From positions 502,867 to 566,866 of the forward strand of contig CT868097.1 of assembly GCA_000165425.1 (NCBI GenBank): a stretch of DNA of 64,000 nucleotides, in the 5' to 3' direction. The DNA is from Paramecium tetraurelia. Taxonomy: Eukaryota. The position numbers were made by a program, and so were the translations under genes. Within the stretch, counting starts at the first letter, position 1, and each line of letters starts with the position of its first letter. Below, piece after piece: positions 54,434 through 64,000 of the stretch. The notes below the pieces were generated by a model, which was not told where the DNA came from, ran no database searches, and saw only the letters and a program-made list of their open reading frames with translations.

Positions 54434-55883
54434 ATGTAATAATTCGACAATCAAGAAATATTGATGAAGCTCAAGTCTTCCAAATAATTCTGGGATATCA
54501 AGAAGAAAGTACTTACTTTTCTCTATCTAGTTAAAATAAGGACTCGGTGACTAACAGAAAATTGGAGTCAATGACATTCAAAAATTAGCTCAAAGTTGTG
54601 AAATTGAAGACCAATTAATTAAATTGATATCTCATATTCTCAAAAAATCTAAGAAACGAGAAACTCTTAAGGAAGATTAGATTGAATTTCTGAACACTTC
54701 AAAAATAAAATGGACCGAATTGTTATTTAAAAATTTAGATATCGTTCATTAAAAAACAAAAAATTAAGAAGAAGATGACACTAATACCGATTCTAAACTA
54801 TACATCTATGATGAAAAGAACCTATTGGCATTTTTATAAACTTTCAAATAATAATAATAGTCCAATGCCCTATACTAAAATGTCCAATTTCAGTCTAATA
54901 AACTGTTAAATATCAATATACCCTTAAAGTCATCACAATCAATATTGGACAAATATTAATATTTGTTACTCTAAGAAGAATTGCAGGATGATAAAATCAA
55001 TAAAATCAGAAAGCAAATTGAAAATGAACACTTAGATATTGAATTAGAAAAGATAGCCCAAACCTTTGTACCTAATGGAGAGAGGTGTCTTCTCTACTTA
55101 AAATATTTTGAATTCGATCACTAAGAAACAGTCTTACAGTAAAATTTTGCAAAACTCTAAAAAGAGTGTTTAAATTAGTTGTTTTATGATGAACTACTCG
55201 AAATAGACGGACATGAAATATCTGAAGATACATTCTATTTTGTGTTTTAAGAGTAAATTCTAACATGTTTAAAGTGCTTTATTAGAGACAGAACAATAAA
55301 AGAGAATATAAGGGTATTTGGATTAAATATTAATTAGATTCAACTATAAAATGGAGTGAAGAAAGAACATGCAGAGTTTTAATTGCCAGTTACAGGATTC
55401 TTTCCTTTCAAAAACATATCAAAATATGTTGCACCATTATGTTACCTCTCTACAAAAATACACATAATCTATGCATTGTTTAAGGAGTTTTTTTGTAGAT
55501 ACTTTTGCTTTTTGCATGCCATATCGTCAGAGAACAATTCAATTTTATCTCTTTGCATGCAAATCGAAGAAATTGTAAGCACTCGATCTCCTAAATTATT
55601 TCATCATTTAAAGGTAATTGGATGTGACACATTAAAATTGATCATTCATCAACTAGTGTATTGTTTCATAGGTGATATGGATCCTCCACATATTTTAACT
55701 ATTTATGATTAAATTATAGGACACGATAGTCTAGAAATTTTAGTTATATTATGCGTAGGTTTTTTAAATAAATACAAACCTAAGTTATTATTAGCTAAGA
55801 ATTAAGAGAATGTATAATAAATCTTTTCAGAATTAAGAGAGGACAGATTTTAAGAATTAGTGCAATTTGCATATAAATAATGA
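54434..55883 (+). CDS. TBC1D19: TBC1 domain family member 19-like (Rab-GAP TBC fold)
   Basis: PVTGFFPFKNISKYVAPLCYL...LFKEFFCRYFCFLHAISS...ILSLC...PKLFHHLKVIG...YDQIIGHDSLEILVIL closely parallels the TBC1D19 C-terminus. Confidence 0.82.
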
Positions 55884-55948
55884 ATTCTATAACCTAAACT
55901 AGTTTTAAAATTTTATTTCATTAAAACTAAAGTTGTATAATTAATCGT

Positions 55949-56768
55949 TCACTTTTTTAGTCCTCCCTATAAAATCTTAATTGCCTTCTATATTTCTTCA
56001 TCTTTATGCAAGGCTAATTCAGCAAGAGAACCCCCTTAGGTTCTTTTATTTTATTTCACTCTTTTTGTCCCTTCCTCAGGAATCATCGCTATATAAATTG
56101 CAAATAGTACTAGATTTATGGCTTCTTTAATATAATTAACGAACAGATTTTTGTTAAGATAAATATGGCTTTTCGTTTCTTTACAATTAATTTTAGACAT
56201 TTGGGGATTACCAATCCATGAATTAATTTTATGTTGGTAACACTATTTAAAGATCTTACTTTTAACCATCAATTCTATATTCCAGTAAATCCTATTACTA
56301 TTCTTGCAATAGTTATTCAGTATATAATCGTTGAATTGATGGATTGAGATTATTGAGAGATTTAATCTATTTGAGTGTTTAGATTTGCATATCACTAGAA
56401 GGATGATTTTTGTGTTATTCTTAGGACATTTTCTTTTTAGTATTCAACTACTCTTTAATTGCTTAAGGTTTCTAAAGTAATTTGCCAACTTCAAAACATA
56501 AGCGATCTATTTCATTTGCAAAGTAATGAATAGTTCCAACAGCATTTGCTTCATTACCTTAATCCTATTTCTAAGGAGCTTAAGGATTAAGAATTTGTGC
56601 TGGATCTCCATAAATTGTTTTTGGTGGATCCAAACCTCTCTTTGTGTAATACTCTAATGGGTTTCTATTTAATCTTTAAGTTTTGGAATGAGAGTCTGTA
56701 TCATTATAAATGGTTAAATATGAGGAATAGGTTTAATATTTAGCAAAATGATTTAGATCTTCTGTCAT
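55949..56768 (-). CDS. Hypothetical protein (~270 aa)
   Basis: MTEDLNHFAKYQTYSSYLTIYND...NPLEYYTKRGLDPPKTIYGDPAQILNPQ...QGGSLAELALHKDEEIQKAIKILQGGLKK* is open in table 6. No family recognised. Confidence 0.65.
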
Positions 56769-57631
56769 TTATTTTAATTAAATTAATGAACTAAGCTACT
56801 TGATATAAGACACTTAGAACTTGAGATTGTACTGTCCTAAGTTAAACCTTTATTTTCTATGTGATAAATCATTAAATTAATGGTAGACTATTAATAATTA
56901 AATTGAAGATCACTGAACATTACTACATTAATTGAGAATTTGAAGTTAAATTTTAATCCCTTAAAAAGGACTAGGGAGTAAAGATACTGATAAAGATAGA
57001 GGAGATGGATAGAATCAAGAATCAAGTTTAGATCAGCTAGCTCTTCTGTTATTTTAGTAATCATATTTCAAACTTATTGATTTTAGAATGATTTATATAA
57101 TAAAATTAAATAAAAATATTTAAGATTATTTATGCGAATAGGAATCAAAGAATAAAAATAATTGATTATAACAATAGCTACATTAATATTCGGAAATGTA
57201 GTAATTGAATTTAACATCTTAAGGTTAAAGCATAAAAGAATTCTTGGTATAAAGAATATAAAAACTGAGTTATTAGTATCAATTGAATACAGGATGTCTA
57301 CATTAATTAAGTCTTAATTATAAAATGTATAATTAACCCTTTGCTTTGATTTAGAAACTTCTTTTTTTTCTTATTCTGCAGCTCATCTAAAGATTGTTTA
57401 TATTGATTTTATAATCCCAAGGATTTTTTCATTATAATACATAATCTTTTTCTCTGCAAATATTGAATCATACTTGAAAAAAAGCATGCATCACTTAAAT
57501 GTAAGTTCTGGAGAATGAAGATCTAATATAACTAATTTAAAGATTCTAGACTTTTAGCTAGATTTGCGTTTTAGTATTTTTATCAGTGATTTTGTGCAGG
57601 ATAATTTTTATTATAAAATATTTTCCTATAA

Positions 57632-58225
57632 ATGTTCTAAGCAGAAAAAGGAGCTAATGCAATTCCAGGATATACAGGGTATGAGTGTGATTTAGTGTAG
57701 ATTTGCCCCAACATAGAATTTTGATGCAGATTTATTGTAAATTTAAGGCAATAGGAATCATATTCCAAGTAATAATCATTTTGTAACCATATTTAGACTA
57801 TGCTGGTTTTGTGCCAGGGATAAAGGCTGAAAATCTGTTTGGAAAAACCTTCGGGAAAATCACTCTTTTATCTGGTACGAGATAAAATCATTAGGGGTAA
57901 TTAATTGATAGATGATTGAATCTAGATCGAATTTGCCAGCAGATCTCAGATACAGAAGTGAAGTCAAGGATGCTTATTGCGATCAAAATCATTAAAGAAA
58001 TAAAGATAAATTGCTATATGGAAAACTTGATTCTGAAACTTCCGTAATTTATATTGAATCTATTGTAGAAAGCTCTGGCTTATAGCTTATCAAACTTAAC
58101 AAGCACTCAGGTACCCAAAACAACGAAATCCAGAGGTATTGTTAAGTTAGTATTTTGTAGTGGATGTGAAGGAGAGAGTGAGCAATGTGAGTTATCAGGA
58201 AGCACTAAAATAAGCCGGAAAATGA
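57632..58225 (+). CDS. FAM166/PYG-repeat ciliary microtubule inner protein-like
   Basis: MFQAEKGANAIPGYTGFAP...NRNHIPNYAGFVPGIKAENLFGKTFGKIT after removing tiny introns. The 'IPGYxGxxP...FGKTxG' signature is typical of FAM166-type MIPs. Confidence 0.78.
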
Positions 58226-58320
58226 TTATATTAATTATGAGGATTTATTAATTATCCCACAATTATTTGTTTTCAAATCAAATACATTATAATTATGAAG
58301 TCATTAATAAAAATAATTTA

Positions 58321-60021
58321 ATGAGTGAAAACTATAATTTTTCTGATTTCGTCAAATTTAGGAAGGGTAGTACCTTTGGCATAGGAAAGATAGAGAATTT
58401 CAGTCGCGAAGAGGATTGGTTCGAATATTTCGAATACATCTTAAGCGAAGAATTACCAACAGGTTGGTTTATATATTGTATATTTTATTGTATTTAAATA
58501 TTACACAACACACATTTTCCAATAATCCTTATTATTGTGTTTTTCTTTTTTATTAATTTTTATTAGGTAAACAACCACATCATGGATTGTATGAAGTGTT
58601 TAAGACAGATTAATTGAAGAAAGGGAAAATGACTGATATTATTGAAAAAGTCCAATTAAGTAAGCTCCCCGAATATGTCCAGATGACGGAAAAGAAAGGT
58701 TATGTGATGAGACAATAGTTCATATCCAAGGATCTGATGCCTCTATTAAAATAGTGTTTTTGTGGCCAATATGTGAATCCAGATTAGGTTCTTGTGCTTT
58801 GTACTTCATGTGAAAAGCCTTTTCATGCTGAATGTCTAATTAAATAGTTTGAACAAGGAAATGCTAATTGTGATTCTTGCAGAGAAATTCTCTCTAACCT
58901 CCAAATTACCGATCGTATTAAAGATGCATTGTAGACCAGGTCATCTACTATTGTCATCTAAACCAATCAACAAAAGACACATGAACAAAGGGCTATTTAA
59001 ATTGAAGAGGAAGAAGAAGAATAATTAGATAGAAATGAAAAGAGAATAGATTTAGATAAGATTGTCAAAAAAATCAAGACTAAAGATGGTCAAATACATT
59101 CTAAAGTGTAAATAGTAAAGTAAGATACTCACACAAATGGAAATTCTAGAGAAAAGAATTAAACACATGAAGCCATCCCATAAGCAAATCCTCCTGAATA
59201 GTAGAAACAATAATCATTACCATTTAAAAACATATCAGCCCAGGCTGTAGAAAAAATGAAAAGCTGGGTTGAGAGATATAGATAAATGGAATCCAATGCA
59301 TCAAATTTTGAAAAGAAGAGATAAGAAGTCAGAGAAAAATTCTTTTCAGTCATTTTTTATGGCATAGAAGAATTAAAAGATATGTATGAAAAAGATCCTA
59401 ATTCTATCACACAATTAGAAAAGGAGATTATCAGTAATTCTGACACAGCCTTGTTTTAATATATTAAGAATTTAGCATTAGACATTGAAGTTTACACTCA
59501 TATTAAGTTTAACACATAATACAAGACAAAATTAGAGCCGCTCTATGTTGAAAGATGCAAACTCATTTATTTACACATGAAAGATGATAAAAATTTAGAA
59601 TTGCGAAGAAAAGTCATCTCTAAAGAATTTTAAGCCCAAGATTTGAGTACTAGAGATGAAAGAGATCTTTACAATCCAGAAAAAAGACGATAAACCCAAG
59701 AAATAGCTATGAGAGTCATTGAACTTAATTAAAAAGATAAGGATGAAGAATAAAAAATCATCAAAGATATTGAAGAAGTATCCTTTTCTAGAAATGTAAA
59801 TATATATCATTATTAATTAGTAATCTATAAATGAAGAAATTTAAATCACTACTCAAAAGAAGGATGGTCATTCGACTAAAAATCTATTAAAAGAGAAAAT
59901 GATGGAATATTCAGTTGAAAAGTCTATCATGAGATTTAAAAAAAGAATTGCTGATGAACTTAATGACAAGGAACGTTTACAAATATTAGCCAGCTTAGAA
60001 TAGTATCAACTTCATTAATGA
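58321..60021 (+). CDS. BAH-like + PHD finger + TFIIS central (TFIIS_M) domain protein
   Basis: BAH-like GIGKIENF...EELPTGKQPHHGLYEVFKTD...IIEKVQL...Y..MRQ. PHD CFCGQYVNPDQVLVLCTSCEKPFHAEC...CDSC. TFIIS_M-like VREKF...LALDIE...Y.ERCKLIYLHMKDDKNLELRRKVISKEFQAQDL..RDERDLYNPE. Confidence 0.82.
58463..58566 (+). other. Atypically long (104-nt) GT..AG intron
   Basis: Removing GTTGGTTT...TTTTATTAG joins CCA ACA G|GT AAA CAA CCA CAT CAT GGA and restores the conserved BAH motif PTGKQPHHG. The segment has no internal AG. Confidence 0.8.
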
Positions 60022-60118
60022 ATATTCAAATATTATTGTTTTATATAAATCATAATTTAAAATATTGAAATAGTTTTTGTTTTCCAGAAAAAAATAGATA
60101 TAAAATGATAAAATTAAA

Positions 60119-62182
60119 TCAATTATCTTTATAGTATTCTAACCATTTAAATTATGTTTTCATAGATGTTTCAAACGCAATTCTTATTAAACTTTCTATT
60201 GCTTTCTCCTTGGCAGTCCCCTCACATTATTACAGGTTTTTTATAGATCTACGGCTTTTTATAAAGTTTACAACCCATTTTTTGAAATATTTAATCTTTC
60301 TTTTCTTTTAAATTATATCATATTTAAGTTTGACTATCTAAAAATCTTATTTTAACTTCTAATTTGAGAGTGATTACCACAATTCATGCAAATTGTCATT
60401 TTACAATAGATATTTCCATGCTTAAAATGCTTTCTTTTGAACATTTTTATTGTAAACTTCTATTGCCATTTCTTCTATTTATTGTCTTTGTTATTTTAAA
60501 GTGATTATCTTCAATTAATCTTACAATTTCTATTATTTACTAGTTAATTAATTATATCTGAATCCCTCAAGACCTTTCCTTTTTAATAAAAATTGGTAAA
60601 AGGGGTGGTATTCTTTATCGTTTTTCCAAAATTGAAACCCCTTCTGTATTCTTCTTAGTTACATAATTTAAATAAATTCTTTTTGTCTATGTCTTTGGAG
60701 GAATGCTATTTTCCATTTGATAAATACTTTTTACATCAAATTTGGACATAATTTTAAATCCTCTTTTAGTTCAAAAATTATGAGCTTAATTTTCTTAGCT
60801 TAAACTTGTCTTTCATCTACAGTATATATATCATTTAAACAATTAGGCCCTTCATACATATTTCTTGGTTTTTCATCAGTTAAAAATTAGGATAATACTT
60901 GATTATCATCATTATCATCATCCTCTTTTTGATTTTCAACTCTTTATGCTTTTTCTTTTTATTCCTTCTCTAATTGTCTCTTTCTTTGCTCTTATTAAGT
61001 TAGGTAGTAAGTAATTTATTACCATGCTTGAAGTGATTATCTTAAGAGAATCTTTCTGATTGACTTTGCTGCTTATCTTTATCGAGCCAAACATTAATGA
61101 AATATTCTCCAATTTTAAAATATTGTATTTAAAGTTTTCACTCTCATGTGATCACAGACTAATTCGTAGAATTCATTTTTAGATTTGTTTCTTTAAGAGT
61201 ATTAATATAGCTTTTAAAAGCATTTTTTTTAATTTATCATTTGTCTTATCTGTGTTGTATCATTTAATATCTTGTTAATTGCACTTTTGTATTTAATTCT
61301 CAAAAACAAATATCTTAAAAACATCTTTTTAGTTATTCGTTTTTATTCTAATAGTAACATATTCTTCTTCCTTTCGTAAAGGGCTTCACTTAATAACTCT
61401 TTTTTTATCTCATTTGCCCTTATGCAAAGTTCTCTAATAGGATAGATATAATTCAAGCATAATATTATACTGTAAATTTTCAGTTACTAAAAGAGTTAAA
61501 TGCTAAGAAGAGTGAATTCTTTAATATTATTGTTCTTCTTTTATTTTATCGACTGATTGAAATAATTAATATTCTTCATATTCTCAATTAAGGATAAAAT
61601 GTTGATATTTTATGTACTCAAATTGGCTAACTCTTCTTCAGGCCAAAATATGCATAGATTTAAGTTCAATTTCAATCCTTACTCTAATTTTTTTTCAATT
61701 TTGACAGGAATCCAAGAAGGTGGGTTTTCCAATTCAAATTCTAATTTTTTTATTATTAATTTAGGTTGTACTTGTCTAACTATACCTGTTCTTTTTTAAA
61801 AGACCGATTCATTTGGTATTGTTCGAACTTTTTCTAAGTCTTACTAATATTCATCAGCAAATTTAACTTAATGTTATTATTCATCCATTTCATCTGGTTC
61901 ATTTAACATTTATAACTTTTGAATTTCTGGTGTTGAACACGTAAATTATTTAGTAGACACATCTTCAACTTTGGGTTTTGCTTTTTTCACAGTTGTAAGC
62001 TTTTAACAAAAAAAATCAATTTCTTTTAGTAGCATGGACTATTATGAAAACTCCTCTTATTAAATTAGAGGAGCATGAAGAGGTTTTGGTTTCTATAGTA
62101 CCATCATTGTCTCTTCCATCTACTTTAAAATATCTCTTTAAGGTTAAAAATTTGGAGTCACATCGCTTTCCAATTTAATCAT
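60119..62182 (-). CDS. Hypothetical coiled-coil protein with IQ/Sfi1-like repeats
   Basis: MIKLESDVTPNFQPQRDILKQMEETMMV... is a long Gln/Lys-rich frame in table 6. QAAKSIRKILLRQSLQAW and KVFIKWK segments resemble calmodulin/centrin-binding repeats. Ends ...WLEYYKDN*. Confidence 0.65.
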
Positions 62183-62545
62183 GAATACTTATTAACTGAA
62201 AAATAATTAATTCAAATTAATTATTTATTAAATGAAAAACAAATAATAAATCCATTTAAGAAGACAATCATAGATGCTCATCTATAATATACAAAACAAT
62301 TCGATATTTATTATATTATAAAGTATCCTATAAAGTCTCTGATCTATTTCAGGTTTAATTCTACATTATATACATAAAATGAACTCAGAAGATTGTTATA
62401 GGATATTATTTTTTTAATGAATTATTAATTATATCTAATGAACTTTGAGCCATTCATGTTGCAAATTGGAAAATTAGGGAGATAGTATTTAATTCTAAAT
62501 AATTATAACTCAGAATTATGGATTATTTATATATAAGTATTAGTG

Positions 62546-62573
62546 CCTAATTTGTGAAAATTCAAATCTTTTT
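62546..62573 (+). promoter_or_regulatory. Candidate ribosomal-protein promoter motif (copy 2, upstream of RPL5)
   Basis: CCTAATTTGTGAAAATTCAAATCTTTTT ends 8 nt before the ATG and is similar to the element before RPL18A. Confidence 0.4.
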
Positions 62574-62581
62574 AATAATTA

Positions 62582-63549
62582 ATGGCATTTGTTAAGCTTG
62601 TTAAAGGAACACCCTATTTCAAAAGATTCTAAACTAAATTCAGAAGACGAAGAGAAGGAAAGACTGATTATTATGCAAGAAGCAGATTGATCGTGTAAGA
62701 CAAGGATAAATATAACTCACCAAAATACAGATTTGTAGTTAGACACACAAACACAAAGATCATTTGCTAAGTGATCTATGCTACCTTAAAGGGAGACAAG
62801 GTAGTGGCTGCTGCTGAATCTACTGAATTAAAGAGATTTGGTTTAACAAGTGGTTTGACTAACTATGCTGCTGCCTATGCCACTGGTTTATTATTGGCCA
62901 GAAGAACACTTAAAACATTGAAGATGGATAAGTTTTATGAAGGCAACAAAACCATCGATGGAAACTTGTATGATGTTGCTGAAAAGGAAAACCCAGAGAG
63001 AAGACCATTCTTTGCCGTACTTGATATTGGTTTGGTCAGATCAACTCTCGGAAACAGAGTATTCGCTGCCTTAAAGGGAGCAGCTGATGGTGGTATTCAC
63101 ATCCCACACAACAACAGAAGATTCCCAGGATTCTCTGTTGATAATGACAAGAAAGAAAAATATGATGCCAATGTTCACAAGGACAGAATCTTTGGTGTTC
63201 ATGTTGATAAATACATGGCTCTCTTATAAAAGGAGAAGAAGACTAACAAAGATGGAAGATCTAAGTTCGATGTCTAATTCCACAATTGGGAATAAACCTT
63301 GAAGACTGTAATATAATAAATTAATATTAATAGGCTGGTGTCAAATCAGTTTAAGAATTGTTCAAGAAGATTCACGATGAAATCAGAAAGAATAGTGACA
63401 GAGTAAAGAGAGGTGCTAAATAAAATCCAAAGAGAGATCACACCAAATACAGAGCCAAGAGATTAAACGCTAAATAAAGAAGAGCTAACGCTTTAAAAAA
63501 GATCGATATAGCCACCAAATAAGCTGCTAAATTAAAGAAGAAGGCATGA
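62582..63549 (+). CDS. RPL5: 60S ribosomal protein L5 (uL18)
   Basis: [54 protein letters not shown]...GLTNYAAAYATGLLLARR...LDIGLVRSTLGNRVFAALKGAADGGIHIPH. One intron ~63308-63332. Confidence 0.98.
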
Positions 63550-63740
63550 TTTCATTTATATTTGGTACATTATAAAATATTCCAATCTTTTTCGATTTTG
63601 TCTTGACTAACCTAATTAATATCACTACTTGACATTTATTATTTATATATCCAAATATGTCTCATGGCCACTTTAATGGTTATATAAGAATAATCTTTTT
63701 GTTATTTCAATTAATTTCAAGAATAATAAAAATATAATAT

Positions 63741-64000
63741 ATGTCAACTTAGTATAGAATACCATCTAACGATAATTATATTCGAGACTTAGAAAACATT
63801 TCTCAAAGGTAATTTTGAATTTATACTAAAAGAGAGCGTCATGGATTGTTTAATCAGCCTCCTCCATTACTAATAGGTGATTAATATAACGACGCATTAA
63901 AAAGTAATGAATTACTTATTTAAATATAGGCTAAGGCAAGGAGAAAGGTGTATTGGTCAATAAAAAATTATAAAAAAAGCATGAACCTACTTTATTTTTA
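63741..64000 (+). CDS. Probable ciliary protein, CFAP96/UPF0602-like (5' part only)
   Basis: MSTQYRIPSNDNYIRDLENISQRERHGLFNQPPPLLIGDQYNDALK... with two tiny introns. 'ERxGLFs.....GDxY' resembles the CFAP96 (C4orf47) N-terminus. The gene runs off the window. Confidence 0.5.

Noticed and set aside
58463..58566. Box C/D snoRNA or U12-type intron explanation for the long intron
   Set aside because: There are no RTGATGA/CTGA boxes, the donor is not GTATCCTT, and the TCCTTAT resemblance to a U12 branch site is weak.

Overview
AT-rich, gene-dense ciliate macronuclear DNA, almost certainly Paramecium (aurelia complex, likely P. tetraurelia). TAA/TAG read as Gln and only TGA is stop (table 6), introns are mostly 20-35 nt GT..AG, intergenic gaps are very short, and a trichocyst matrix protein gene is present. 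The supplied standard-code ORF track is therefore fragmentary or spurious; genes were re-translated by hand with table 6. About 27 protein genes are supported, including ATG5 (partial), RPL18A, a PH-like+kinase, a serine carboxypeptidase, a divergent macrodomain protein, two CDPK-like pseudokinases, THOC1, an OSCA/TMEM63-like channel, a MAP kinase, dynein light chain p28, a CCDC81-HU/EF-hand giant, a RING protein, a DNAH1-like dynein heavy chain, an IP3R/RyR-type channel, NDUFA7, a 70-aa CaaX protein, a PDI, TMP T2, TBC1D19, a FAM166-like protein, a BAH-PHD-TFIIS protein and RPL5. No tRNA, rRNA, transposon, telomere or CRISPR was recognised. The most unusual observations are a 104-nt intron in the BAH-PHD-TFIIS gene, a p28 intron that needs a GT..TG boundary, a start codon created only by splicing in a PNRC/Edc1-motif gene, and a motif shared upstream of both ribosomal protein genes. 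Family assignments come from remembered motifs, not database searches, and exon boundaries are hand-derived.
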